A stretch of 64,000 bases of DNA from Candidatus Zixiibacteriota bacterium (GTDB taxonomy: Bacteria; RBG-13-66-14; B26-G2; WVWN01): NCBI GenBank assembly GCA_050117845.1, contig JASFLY010000003.1, forward strand, positions 124,949-188,948, read 5' to 3'. The notes under the pieces were generated by a model, which was not told the origin of the DNA, ran no database searches, and was given only the letters and a program-made list of their open reading frames with translations. Made by a program: the position numbers and the translations under genes. Of this stretch, positions 1-9,300 are shown piece after piece (position 1 is the first letter of the stretch; every line of letters begins with the position of its first letter).

Positions 1-1161
1 GCCGACGGTTCGGACCGAGTCAGGCTCAAGCTAAAGGGAGGTTTGTGGGGCGCGCCGCACTTCTCCCCCGACGGCTCGAAGATAGCGTTCATCGGCGACC
101 GCGAGTGCTTCCCGTACGGCAACGTATTCCTGGTCAACGTCGACGGGACCGACCTGAAGGCCGTAACCGCCTACGGCGACGACCCCTTTGAAGTTGACTA
201 CAATACCGGCCGGAAACTCGGCGTCCTCGACGCGGGCTTGACGTTCTCGCCCGACGGCGGCCGTATCCTTTACCTCTCGGACGAGTTCGGCTCCTCGGAT
301 ATCTACGCGATTAACGTTGACGGCACGGGGAAGACGCGCCTGACCGATTTCGCCGGCTGCGACGAATACAAACCCATCTTCCTCCCCGGCGGCGAGCTGC
401 TATTCACCGTAAAGGGGACTTGGGACAAGGCCGGCTTCTGGATTATGAACGCCGACGGCTCGGCCCAAAGGAGACTGGCGACCGGCGAAGACCTAGCGCT
501 GGTGGCGCTTTCGCCCGACGGCACGAAAAGGGCGTACGCAGGCCGCTTCGGCGAGGATTACGCCACCTACGTCGCCGATCTCGACGGCTCGGGCCGTTTC
601 AAGGTGGCGGACGGCGGCGTCTACCTCTCGTTCTCTCCCGACGGGGAAAAACTCGTATATTGCGATGACGACCGCGTTTACATCGTCAACGCCGACGGCT
701 CGGGCCGGAGAGCGCTGACGCCGGAATGGCCCATCGCGTACGGCGCGACCTTCGCCGCCGGCGGCGCGAAGATAATATTCCTGGGGCGTCCCGCCGGCGC
801 CGAGGAAATAGGACTCTATACCATGAACGCCGACGGATCGGAGCGGACGCCGTTCCGGGCCACGAAGGACATGTACGTCGGTGGGCCGGTCGACATATTC
901 GGCTCCTGTTGCGGCCTCGTGGTCTCCCCCGCAGGCGACAGGTTCCTCTTCAACGGCGATTATAAGGACTACGTGGGCGACGCCCCCGTCGACTACTTCG
1001 CCGTCAACGTCGACGGCTCGGGCCTCGCGCGCATCTCGGAGTACAACTACAAAACCAACCCGCGGCCGGAGGAAGAAGTAACGCCTTACGGCGGAGATCG
1101 CGCGGAGTCCGTAACCCCGGACCCGTCGCAAACGACGAAGGTCCATTGTCCCGATCGGTAA
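1..1161 (+). CDS. PD40/TolB-like beta-propeller repeat protein (5' partial, or TTG start at 43)
   Basis: Frame is open from base 1 to TAA at 1159-1161; repeated SPDG/VDG strand motifs (FSPDGSKIAF, LSPDGTKRAY, FSPDGEKLVY, VNVDGT, MNADGS) typical of PD40 repeats; hairpin terminator directly downstream. Confidence 0.6.
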   Translation, partial: ADGSDRVRLKLKGGLWGAPHFSPDGSKIAFIGDRECFPYGNVFLVNVDGTDLKAVTAYGDDPFEVDYNTGRKLGVLDAGLTFSPDGGRILYLSDEFGSSDIYAINVDGTGKTRLTDFAGCDEYKPIFLPGGELLFTVKGTWDKAGFWIMNADGSAQRRLATGEDLALVALSPDGTKRAYAGRFGEDYATYVADLDGSGRFKVADGGVYLSFSPDGEKLVYCDDDRVYIVNADGSGRRALTPEWPIAYGATFAAGGAKIIFLGRPAGAEEIGLYTMNADGSERTPFRATKDMYVGGPVDIFGSCCGLVVSPAGDRFLFNGDYKDYVGDAPVDYFAVNVDGSGLARISEYNYKTNPRPEEEVTPYGGDRAESVTPDPSQTTKVHCPDR

Positions 1162-1183
1162 CCGGCCTTCGGGCCGGCTTTTT
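1162..1183 (+). terminator. intrinsic terminator
   Basis: CCGGCC-TTCG-GGCCGG hairpin followed by CTTTTT, immediately after the stop codon. Confidence 0.6.
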
Positions 1184-1272
1184 AGTGCCCCGAAACCCCC
1201 TTGCCCTCCTCCCCCGCCTCGGTTATAATCGCGGCAGACGATAACTTCGCACTCGCAACCAAGGAGGGAACG

Positions 1273-2178
1273 ATGTCGCGATGTATAGTGGCGGCGACGC
1301 TCGTCGCCGCGGCGGCCTTCGCCGCCTGGCAATCCCCCGTTAATCTCGGCGCCGTTGTCAACTCCGCGTACGGCGACTGGTATCCGGTTCTCACCCCTCA
1401 CGGCGATTATATGTTTTTCGTTTCGTCGCGGCCCGGCGGCTACGGCAACGGCGATATCTGGTGCAGCGCGAACATCGGCGGCGTATGGCAGGCGCCGGTC
1501 AACTGCGGCGCGGCCGTCAACTCGGCCGGCCTGGACACCGGCATCGCGCTCAACCTGGCCGGGACCAGACTCTATTTCGCCTCCGACGCGGCGGGCACAC
1601 TCGGCGACCTGGACGTCTGGTACGCCCCGGTAACCGGCGGTACGCTCGGCGCCAAGGTTCATCTTCCCGCCCCGGTCAATTCGGTTTACCGGGAGTGTTG
1701 TCCGGTCATAGGCCCCGGCGGCGACGACGTCTATTTTTCCAGTGAGAAACCCGGCGGCCAGGGCGGCCACGATATGTACGTCTCGAGTTGGACCGGTAGC
1801 GGTTGGAGCGAACCGGTATCGCTCGGCGCCCCCAACAGCGCCTATAACGAGTGCCCCCGGTGGATATCCGACGACGGCCTAATGCTCGCTTACCTCTCCT
1901 GGCGGCCGGAGGGCGAGGGGGGCTGCGATTTATGGTACACGACCAAGACGGGCGATACGTGGAGCGAGGGCGTCAACTTCGGCGCCCCCATCAACTCCGC
2001 CGGGAACGAGTTCGGGCCGTGGTTCCATTGTAATCACGGCCAGATGCACGGCTTCATGTATTTCGGCTCGAGCCGCGAAGGCGGCCATGGCGACTTCGAT
2101 ATCTGGTACTCGGAGGACGGCGAATTCCACGCCGTCGACGCCACGTCGTTGGGCGGCGCCAAAGCGGCGTTCCGTTAG
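1273..2178 (+). CDS. secreted PD40/TolB-like beta-propeller repeat protein
   Basis: AAGGAGGG RBS 5 nt upstream of ATG 1273; N-terminal hydrophobic signal-like segment (CIVAATLVAAAAFAAW); repeated GDWYPVLTPHGDYMFF / NSAGLDTG / YFSSEKPGG motifs. Confidence 0.7.
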   Translation: MSRCIVAATLVAAAAFAAWQSPVNLGAVVNSAYGDWYPVLTPHGDYMFFVSSRPGGYGNGDIWCSANIGGVWQAPVNCGAAVNSAGLDTGIALNLAGTRLYFASDAAGTLGDLDVWYAPVTGGTLGAKVHLPAPVNSVYRECCPVIGPGGDDVYFSSEKPGGQGGHDMYVSSWTGSGWSEPVSLGAPNSAYNECPRWISDDGLMLAYLSWRPEGEGGCDLWYTTKTGDTWSEGVNFGAPINSAGNEFGPWFHCNHGQMHGFMYFGSSREGGHGDFDIWYSEDGEFHAVDATSLGGAKAAFR

Positions 2179-2202
2179 CTACCCGATCTTATTGTAGAAA
2201 AA

Positions 2203-2230
2203 CGGCGGCCTTCGGGCCGCCGTTTCTATT
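2203..2230. terminator. bidirectional intrinsic terminator
   Basis: 8-bp GC stem CGGCGGCC-TTCG-GGCCGCCG flanked by A-run upstream and TTTCTATT downstream; lies between convergent genes. Confidence 0.6.
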
Positions 2231-2356
2231 CGGTATCCCCCTTTGTCCTTACCTATAGAGCGCGCGTACGCGGCCGAGCGACGTCGGCTCGACCGCCACG
2301 TCCGTCACCTGCACCATCACGTCGTCCACGCCGGCGGCGTAGCTCAAGCCCGGCGT

Positions 2357-2869
2357 TCAACCCGTGCGGAGAGACGGCTGGACGGACAGGTCGGAAAAAG
2401 GCCGCGTTATCTTCTCGGCCGGAAAGGTTACGTAGTTCCATCCCTTGACGAGTTCGCCCCGCTCCGACGATAGGAGTATCTCGTTGCTCCCCAACGATAC
2501 CGTCAGGAACCAGGGATTGCCTTCCGTATCCGGCAAATAATACACCCACATACCGACCCGGGTCACGGCCCCTGCCGTTATCTCCCGGCCGAAGTTTTGC
2601 GTTATTTCGCCCCACACCGCCTGTTCGGCGTCGAAGCCCGGGGCGCCTGGGCGGCCGCAAGAATCGCCGCTTATTAGCTCATAGAAGTACGCGCCGTAGG
2701 ACCCGGTGCGGGCCCCGTCGGCGGAAATCCCCATGTTCGTCGTTACCCAGGGCGAGGCGTTCCCGGACTCGAAATCGCCGTTCTCTACCACGTTATCGGC
2801 CGCATACGCCGCACCGGCTGCGAATCCGGCGGCCAATACGATTATAGTTATCATTATCCGCTTCTTCAT
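2357..2869 (-). CDS. secreted hypothetical protein, possible carbohydrate-binding-like domain
   Basis: Clear N-terminal signal peptide (MKKRIMITIIVLAAGFAAGAAYA); NGDFESG motif reminiscent of CBM-type beta-sandwich domains; no other motif recognised. Confidence 0.55.
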   Translation of the reverse strand: MKKRIMITIIVLAAGFAAGAAYAADNVVENGDFESGNASPWVTTNMGISADGARTGSYGAYFYELISGDSCGRPGAPGFDAEQAVWGEITQNFGREITAGAVTRVGMWVYYLPDTEGNPWFLTVSLGSNEILLSSERGELVKGWNYVTFPAEKITRPFSDLSVQPSLRTG

Positions 2870-2951
2870 TTGCCTTCGTCCCCCTTCATATATGACTTAC
2901 TCTCTCATGTATATTATAACATATCCTCCATTAAAAACAAGGGAGCCGGCT

Positions 2952-2985
2952 AAAAAAAAAGACGCCCTTTCGGGCGCCGTTTTCT
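2952..2985 (-). terminator. intrinsic terminator (minus-strand reading)
   Basis: Plus strand A9 + GACGCCC-TTTC-GGGCGCC + GTTTTCT; on the minus strand the hairpin is followed by T9, just downstream of the Roadblock gene stop at 3004. Confidence 0.55.
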
Positions 2986-3003
2986 GCTCGCAACGTGAGG
3001 GTA

Positions 3004-3390
3004 TTAGTAAAACGCCTCCAGATCTCCCTTAAGTTCGTCGATAACGGCGGAGACGGCCGCTTTATTCCCCTCCCCCTGAGCCGACAAGGTCACGATGTAA
3101 AATTCTTCTTCGGCCTCGCCGGCGTGAATGAACGGATAGAACGTGAACACGTCTCCCGTCTCGCGCCGGATCTCGAGTTCCTCAACCTGGCCCAGGCCGA
3201 CCGCGACGGTACGACGGAATATCTCGGCCGCGGCGGCCGTCAGCGCGGCCACGTTCTCCTGCCGGTCGGCGGCGGCGGTTTTCGCCCATACTAGGCCGGT
3301 CCGGCTTATCAGGTACGCAACCCGATAACCGCCGGCCCCGACCAACTTCTCCAGCGCCCGGGCGAATAGCGTTTCGCGGTAAAATACCAT
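3004..3390 (-). CDS. Roadblock/LC7 domain protein (MglB-like)
   Basis: ~128 aa; start taken at internal ATG (MVFYRETLF...) rather than the 179-aa ORF-track extension; size and hydrophobic pattern fit the Roadblock fold; two further Roadblock genes in the window. Confidence 0.6.
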   Translation of the reverse strand: MVFYRETLFARALEKLVGAGGYRVAYLISRTGLVWAKTAAADRQENVAALTAAAAEIFRRTVAVGLGQVEELEIRRETGDVFTFYPFIHAGEAEEEFYIVTLSAQGEGNKAAVSAVIDELKGDLEAFY

Positions 3391-3872
3391 ACTCGTCAGT
3401 CGGGCCGTACAATGTAGCCCGGCCCTTTCGGGGAAAGCCCCCTGGCCGCCCCTTGTTCCGCAAACATTAACGTAAATACGACCGCCTGGCAAGTTTTTTA
3501 TCGCTACCCGGCCCGGGGTTAAACGGCGATGATAAATTTGCACCGGCCTTGGTATATATGATATATTTTTATGGGTTTACTATCGTCTTTTTCGCGGGAT
3601 TCAATGTTGGCAAGGGTACTTTCTCACGTTGAGGTAACCGGTCATATAAAACGCAAATAAACGGGGAAGCATAACTGACGCGTTTTAACGGAATATATAA
3701 CGTTCGGACCCGGCCGCTTCGCCCGACTCTAGCCCCCCTCTGCGTCAACATCCCCTCCTTACCTGACGTTATATTTCTCCCGTAAAAAAGTTATGGGGCG
3801 GCGACGCCGTTAACCAGCGGCCGACCTTCACGATTTACCGGCGCCGCGCCGGGCGACGAAGAGGAAAACACT

Positions 3873-6236
3873 ATGACGGGTAACGGCCTTCGCGTCCTTA
3901 TCGGATGGAAGGAGATCGCGAACTACCTGGGTTGTTCTACCTCGACGGCGGTACGCCGCGTGGACGACGGCCTACCGGTCTTCCGCGTGGGGGGAAGCGT
4001 CCGGGCCTTCGTCGACGACATCGACCGCTGGCTAGAGGGTGAACGTATCCGGAAGTTGGAGGAGCCGCCCAAGGCCGAGACCGATTACCCGGGGATCGTG
4101 GTCAACCGCGAAGAGCTCGGCGACACCATGGCCTCCTTCGCCCGCGAAAGGAAAGACGAACGCTTCGCCGTAATCCCACTGGGAATCGATACCTCCAAAT
4201 ACGAAAACATAGAACTTCGGCTGAAAACGGCCGAAGAAAAGTACCGTTGGTTGTTGGAGACTGTCCCGGTTTGGATTTGGGAAACGAACGCCGACGGAGA
4301 ATATACGTATTCCAACGTCGCTATAAGGGACATACTCGGATACCGGCCGGAAGAGCTCGCCGGTTTCAAACCGGTGGAATTCCTCGTCGCGCCGGCCGAC
4401 GTCGAGATACACAAAAACGAGACCGATAACCTCCGGCAGAATAAAAGAGTTATCCGTGACTTCCAATGTCGCTACATCCACCGGGACACCTCGATCAAAT
4501 GGTTGGAGACGGACGCCGAGCCGATTTTCGAGAGCGGTGGGGAGTTCTCCGGCATCCGGGGCGTCAGCCGCGATATCACCGTACGGAAGAGAGTCGAGGC
4601 CGCGCTCCGGCAAAGCGAGGGCCAGTATCGGACCTTGTCGGAAAACATCCCGGTAGGCGTATTCCGTATGGCCGCGGATCCCACGGGCCGTATCATATCG
4701 GCGAACCCGGCGTTGGCCCGCATGTTCGGGTTCGACAGGCCGGAGGACATGGTGGGCGAACGTATCGCCGATTTCTACGCTGACCCAACACGCCGTTCCG
4801 GGTTCGTCGGGGCCGTCGCCGTTAAGGGCGAGATTACGAACTTCGAGGCGCGCCTCAAACGCCGCGACGGGAGCGAGTTTTGCGGGTCGTTCTCGGCCCG
4901 GGTCGGCCGCGGCGAGGACGACGCCATCGTCCATTACGACGGCGTTTGCGAAGACGTCACGGAACGCCGCCGGGTCGAAACGGCCCTGCGCAAAAGCGAG
5001 CACGAAAAAACAGTTATCCTGGAAAGCATGGCGGAGCTGGTCGTCTACGTAGGCCGCAATCTCGAAATTATATGGGTGAACCAGGCCGCCGCCCGTTGGG
5101 CCGGGGCCGCCCCCGAGGACATGGTGGGCCGGCCGTGTTTCGAGGCTTGGTACGAGAGAAGCGAGATGTGTGCGGAATGCCACGTTAAGCGGGCCATAGA
5201 AACGGGCGAACCCCAGGAATTGGAGCTGACCACCGCCGACGGCAGCATCTGGCACGTACAATGCAATCCCGTACGGGACGAGGAGGACGGTATCTGCGGA
5301 GCGGTGGAGGTATCGCTGGACATCACCGAGCGCAAACGGGCCGAAGAGGCACTACGCGAAACGTTAACGAAAAACGACGCCCTCCTGGAAGCCATCCCCG
5401 ATTTGATGTTCATTCTCAAGCGCGACGGAACATGCGTCGATTTCAAGCGCGGCCCGGCTGAACTATTCGCCCTGCCGCCGGATCAATTAATAGGCGCGAA
5501 TATCCGGGATATCGGCTTTTCCCAAGCCGACGAACGGCGGGCCTTCGAGGCGATTGAGGAAACGATACGAACCGGCAAGACCAGCGTCATCGAGTACGAG
5601 CTCCCCATACCCGGCGGTCTGAAGACGTTCGAAGCCCGTCTGGCCAAACTCGACGACGACCGAGTCATATCCGTCGTGCGAGATATAACGGAAATAAAAA
5701 AAGCGGAACGGGCCCGGGCCGAACTCGTTTTCGAGAAGGCCGCCGCCGCCATCTCCCGGGAATTCATCCGCGCCCGGAATATGGACGAAGCAGTGGAAGC
5801 TTCGCTCGAGATAATGGTCAACTTCAACGGGGCCGGCCGCTCATACTTGCTTACTTTATCGGAGGACGGCAAGGAAATAACTAACACCTACGAGCGCCTG
5901 TCCCCCGGCGTAGGGCCACGACCAGAGGAATTACGCCGGGTTCCAACCGATCCGTACGTATGGGGCACGGCGCAACTCCGTCAGGGCGAACCTCTAAGTA
6001 TTTCCGACGTCCGGGCCCTGCCCCATGAAGCCGCAGCGGAGAAGAAAACCCTCGAGGAACTCGGCGTCAAGGCCGTTTTGGTATTGCCGTTGTTCACCGA
6101 AAAAGATGAGCTCCGCGGTTTCGTCGGTTTCGATAATTGCACCGCGCCCGGCGATTGGAAAGAAGTCGACCTTGATCTGCTCCGATATTTCGCCGAGACT
6201 TGGCAATACGCCGTAAGCCGTAACCTTTTCGAATAA
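3873..6236 (+). CDS. one-component regulator: N-terminal excisionase/MerR-like HTH + multiple PAS domains + C-terminal GAF-like domain
   Basis: N-terminus LIGWKEIANYLGCSTSTAVRRVDDGLPVFRVGGSVRAFVDDIDRWL matches HTH_17/excisionase-type DNA-binding domains; at least four PAS units separated by DITVRKR/DVTERRR/DITERKRAEEAL/DITEIKKAE linker helices; one PAS carries CFEAWYERSEMCAECH; no kinase domain. Confidence 0.8.
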   Translation: MTGNGLRVLIGWKEIANYLGCSTSTAVRRVDDGLPVFRVGGSVRAFVDDIDRWLEGERIRKLEEPPKAETDYPGIVVNREELGDTMASFARERKDERFAVIPLGIDTSKYENIELRLKTAEEKYRWLLETVPVWIWETNADGEYTYSNVAIRDILGYRPEELAGFKPVEFLVAPADVEIHKNETDNLRQNKRVIRDFQCRYIHRDTSIKWLETDAEPIFESGGEFSGIRGVSRDITVRKRVEAALRQSEGQYRTLSENIPVGVFRMAADPTGRIISANPALARMFGFDRPEDMVGERIADFYADPTRRSGFVGAVAVKGEITNFEARLKRRDGSEFCGSFSARVGRGEDDAIVHYDGVCEDVTERRRVETALRKSEHEKTVILESMAELVVYVGRNLEIIWVNQAAARWAGAAPEDMVGRPCFEAWYERSEMCAECHVKRAIETGEPQELELTTADGSIWHVQCNPVRDEEDGICGAVEVSLDITERKRAEEALRETLTKNDALLEAIPDLMFILKRDGTCVDFKRGPAELFALPPDQLIGANIRDIGFSQADERRAFEAIEETIRTGKTSVIEYELPIPGGLKTFEARLAKLDDDRVISVVRDITEIKKAERARAELVFEKAAAAISREFIRARNMDEAVEASLEIMVNFNGAGRSYLLTLSEDGKEITNTYERLSPGVGPRPEELRRVPTDPYVWGTAQLRQGEPLSISDVRALPHEAAAEKKTLEELGVKAVLVLPLFTEKDELRGFVGFDNCTAPGDWKEVDLDLLRYFAETWQYAVSRNLFE

Positions 6237-6277
6237 TCCCCGCCCGTAATTCCCTCTTCCAATGACGCCGTTCACGA

Positions 6278-6302
6278 AGCGCCCTCCGGGGCGCTTTTCT
6301 TT
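6278..6302 (+). terminator. intrinsic terminator
   Basis: AGCGCCC-TCCG-GGGCGCT hairpin followed by TTTTCTTT, 40 nt after the stop. Confidence 0.6.
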
Positions 6303-6630
6303 ACGATAAACGGCAAAATAGCATTAAATGAGTAATTTACTTAACATATATGATAAATTTTGAGTGAATTCGACAGGTTTTGACGAAAGCAGGACGATTT
6401 TACTCCGCTATATATATAATGGAATCAGTATTGGAACGTCGTTTATTACTGGGCCGCCCTAAAAGTCAACTATAGTCGGCCCAACTGTACCCCCCCCAAA
6501 GTAGTCCGCTCTTTAACCGTTCCCTAATGATTTCGAAGCCCCGGCGCAATGCCAGCCGGGTATCCCTTACGCCGTCGTGCCTACCGGCCGTCGGACAACC
6601 GATTAGTAATAACGCACAGGAGGATCGAGT

Positions 6631-7002
6631 ATGGCCAAATCCCGTTCTGAAACGCTAAGGAGCATCCTGAAAGACTTGGAGGCCGCGACACCCGATATCG
6701 AGGGGAGTTGCGTTGTGTCCTCCGACGGCCTGGTAATGGCCAGCGCCCTGCCGGCCGATGTCGACGAGGACCGGGTAGCCGCGATGGCGGCCGCCTTGTT
6801 GGCCCTCGGCGACCGAAGCGCGACGGAGTTGGACCGCGGCGAGTTGAGCGAGGTTTTCGTCAAAGGTGAACACGGTTATATCGTATTGATGGGCGCGGGG
6901 CGGGAAGCCGTACTGGGAGCGCTTTGTCGGGAAGACGCGAAACTGGGCATGATATTCCTCGATATGCGTCGCGCCTCCAAAGAAATCGGCGACCTGGTTT
7001 AA
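6631..7002 (+). CDS. Roadblock/LC7 domain protein (paralog A)
   Basis: AGGAGG RBS; 123 aa; near-identical to paralog at 8805-9176; pattern GSCVVSSDGLVMAS...GYIVLMGAGREAVLGALC fits Roadblock/LC7 (MglB/CvnB-like). Confidence 0.75.
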   Translation: MAKSRSETLRSILKDLEAATPDIEGSCVVSSDGLVMASALPADVDEDRVAAMAAALLALGDRSATELDRGELSEVFVKGEHGYIVLMGAGREAVLGALCREDAKLGMIFLDMRRASKEIGDLV

Positions 7003-7077
7003 CCAGCGCTCGTACGATAATCAACGCCGAGACCTTACGTTACGGCAACCAGGCATTATACGAGAAAGGAGAACAAA

Positions 7078-7563
7078 TTGGACGCACGAGGATATAATTC
7101 ACTACTTAACGTGACGATGTACGGTTTTGGGGCGGCCCTCAACAACCTGGTCGACCTCAACATGGTTCGTCTCGTCATCCGCCAGTTCGGAGACGCCCTG
7201 GTGGATTCCGAATTCGGCCCTAAATTCCTGAAAGGCATCGGATTCGAAGAACCAAAGGGTGACGACGTGCCTTCGCTGACTAAAGCGTACGCCGAGGAAA
7301 TGAAGAAATCCGGCATTACCCAGGTGTTCGACGTAGTCGAGGCCACGGACGAGAAACTCGTCCTGGATATCGGCATGTGCGTTTTCGCCTCCGCCACCGC
7401 GGCATTCAGGGCCGAAGGTATCGAAATTCCGCCCTGCCCCATCGTCGGGATCGTCCTGGCCGGCCTGAACAAACGGCTTAAGGTCAACGGCAAGGTAGCT
7501 TCGGCCGAATATAAATCGCAAGCCAATACGACGCTCTTCACTATCGACCTTTACGGCCGGTAA
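7078..7563 (+). CDS. hypothetical protein
   Basis: GAAAGGAG RBS 6 nt before TTG start; 161 aa; no confident domain; conserved Cys pair (MCVFASATAAF...PPCP). Confidence 0.5.
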   Translation: MDARGYNSLLNVTMYGFGAALNNLVDLNMVRLVIRQFGDALVDSEFGPKFLKGIGFEEPKGDDVPSLTKAYAEEMKKSGITQVFDVVEATDEKLVLDIGMCVFASATAAFRAEGIEIPPCPIVGIVLAGLNKRLKVNGKVASAEYKSQANTTLFTIDLYGR

Positions 7564-7700
7564 ACACCGCCTCCCGGGCGGAAGGCCGATTCGTGGACGA
7601 TGGGTTAGAAACTCGTCCGCCGACAAGGCCGAGGCGCAGTTACGGCGAAACCCGTAATCCGGGCGTCCTACGCCTCGGGAAGAAAGGAGTGCGGCGCCTA

Positions 7701-7835
7701 ATGGCGAATGAGAAATCCGATTGTAAATGGGCCCAGGGCGACCCCGACCCGACGGGCCTCTTCTGGTGCGATAAAATGGCGTGCATGGTCAACGGTAAAG
7801 AGAAACCGACCTGCACCCATTACGAGAAGGACTAA
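7701..7835 (+). CDS. small Cys-rich peptide, tandem copy 1 (44 aa)
   Basis: AAAGGAG RBS; MANEKSDCKWAQGDPDPTGLFWCDKMACMVNGKEKPTCTHYEKD; shares DCKW...WCDK...C.HY motif with the two following small ORFs. Confidence 0.45.
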   Translation: MANEKSDCKWAQGDPDPTGLFWCDKMACMVNGKEKPTCTHYEKD

Positions 7836-7910
7836 CGTCTAATTAAGGTTCCTAAGGCAATTAACCAATCCCAATCAACCGCGAAGCCCCCAGATTACGA
7901 GGAGTGAAGC

Positions 7911-8045
7911 ATGGCAAATTCGAAATCAGATTGCAAGTGGGCGCAGGGCGACCCGGATCCTACCGGCCTATTCTGGTGCGATAAACTGGGCCGTATGGTC
8001 AACGGCGAAGAAAAGCCGGTCTGCGAACACTACAGTTCCGAATAA
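7911..8045 (+). CDS. small Cys-rich peptide, tandem copy 2 (44 aa)
   Basis: GAGGAG RBS; MANSKSDCKWAQGDPDPTGLFWCDKLGRMVNGEEKPVCEHYSSE; below the ORF-track size cutoff, read directly from the sequence. Confidence 0.45.
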   Translation: MANSKSDCKWAQGDPDPTGLFWCDKLGRMVNGEEKPVCEHYSSE

Positions 8046-8101
8046 CGCAATCTAACACCCCTCTCGTCAGGGCAAGCTTCAAGGGCAAAGGACGTGGGAC
8101 G

Positions 8102-8227
8102 ATGAGTAAGGGAGACTGTAAGTACGCTGGCGAACCTAATGAATTGGGTCATACATGGTGCGACAAAATGGAGCGCTATGTACCCCCAAAGGACGAAGAA
8201 AACTGTGAGTTGTATGAACCCAAGTAA
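8102..8227 (+). CDS. small Cys-rich peptide, tandem copy 3 (41 aa)
   Basis: MSKGDCKYAGEPNELGHTWCDKMERYVPPKDEENCELYEPK; same CK(W/Y)A...WCDK...C.(H/L)Y motif, more diverged. Confidence 0.4.
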   Translation: MSKGDCKYAGEPNELGHTWCDKMERYVPPKDEENCELYEPK

Positions 8228-8804
8228 GTAAAGGCACCTCCTTTACTTAACGGCCGGCGGCGTAATAATACCTCCGTCAGGTATTATGGTACGCGTCGCC
8301 GGTTTATCTATTCCACGGCGTGAACGCCGGCCAACCGCACGGGAATAGTTGTTTCACCTATTGGGTTGTAATATACTAGAGCGCCGTTGAATTTATTTAT
8401 AGCCTCACGGCATACTACCCTATTATATTTACCCATACACCACGAGAAAAGAACTAACAACGAGCTAGTATTACATTTACTTGACTCGTACCGCATTTAG
8501 CTGTTATAATTTAATTCCCGCCCCCGAAAACCGGGACGTTATCCGTGGTAGATGATGACGAAATATGACTTATTTTGAACACGGCAACGGTCACAGGGCC
8601 TGTTATATATAATGAGAGGGGATTATTGACACTGTACGGATAACGTCGCGGTTAACGGGACATTCCCGTTTAGAATGCGAACGACTCTTACATGAAATCC
8701 ATTCCGAATCTTTAACGGTAACGTCGGTGAACCCGGCGGGGAATCATAATAACCGTTTCGGGTGAGCCGAACCAAACGAACTCTTAAGTAAAGGAGGTTG
8801 GATT

Positions 8805-9176
8805 ATGGCGAAGTCCCGCGCAGATACGCTCAGGGACATTTTAAAAGACCTCGAGGCTGCGACCCCCGATATCGAAGGGAGTGTCGTCGTCTCGGCCGAC
8901 GGCCTGGTAATGGCCAGCGCGCTTCCGTCGGACGTCGACGAAGACCGCGTAGCGGCCATGGCCGCCGCGCTGCTGGCCCTGGGAGACCGGAGTTCCACGG
9001 AACTCGACCGGGGCGACTTGAGTGAAGTTTTCGTAAAGGGCGAGAAGGGTTACATCGTCCTGATGGGCGCCGGCCGCGAAGCGGTACTCGGCGCTTTGTG
9101 CCGCGAAGACGCCAAATTGGGTATGATTTTCCTTGATATGCGTCGGGCGGCGAAAGACGTTGAATCGGTAGTATAG
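8805..9176 (+). CDS. Roadblock/LC7 domain protein (paralog B)
   Basis: AAAGGAGG RBS; 123 aa; ~85% aa identity to 6631-7002. Confidence 0.75.
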   Translation: MAKSRADTLRDILKDLEAATPDIEGSVVVSADGLVMASALPSDVDEDRVAAMAAALLALGDRSSTELDRGDLSEVFVKGEKGYIVLMGAGREAVLGALCREDAKLGMIFLDMRRAAKDVESVV

Positions 9177-9300
9177 CGTCTTATGCCGGAGATTGGCGGA
9201 TCCCCGGTAACGATTGACGAATTTCCCGGGTCCCCGAAAAGAAAGCTAAAACAGACAACCCCGGGACCAATGAGAGATAAGCTAAGGAGGTGCCTTATTA

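Noticed and set aside
493-1770. 425-aa minus-strand ORF antisense to both PD40 genes
   Set aside because: Arg/Gly/Ala-rich low-complexity translation typical of shadow ORFs in high-GC DNA; the sense-strand genes have coherent repeats, RBS and terminators.
3391-3543. N-terminal extensions proposed by the ORF track for the Roadblock gene (to 3543), the GT4 gene (40282-40827) and the membrane protein gene (48677-48982)
   Set aside because: Extensions are Arg/Gly/Pro-rich and lack domain continuity; internal ATG codons give canonical N-termini, with an RBS confirmed at 40281.
5236-5262. TGGCAC-N5-aTGCA sigma-54-like motif (also at 32089-32115)
   Set aside because: Both lie inside coding sequence and correspond to the conserved peptide WHVQCNPVR; coincidence of codon choice, not a promoter.
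8308-8496. 62-aa minus-strand ORF in the AT-rich spacer
   Set aside because: No RBS, no motif, lies in low-GC intergenic DNA where random ORFs are expected.
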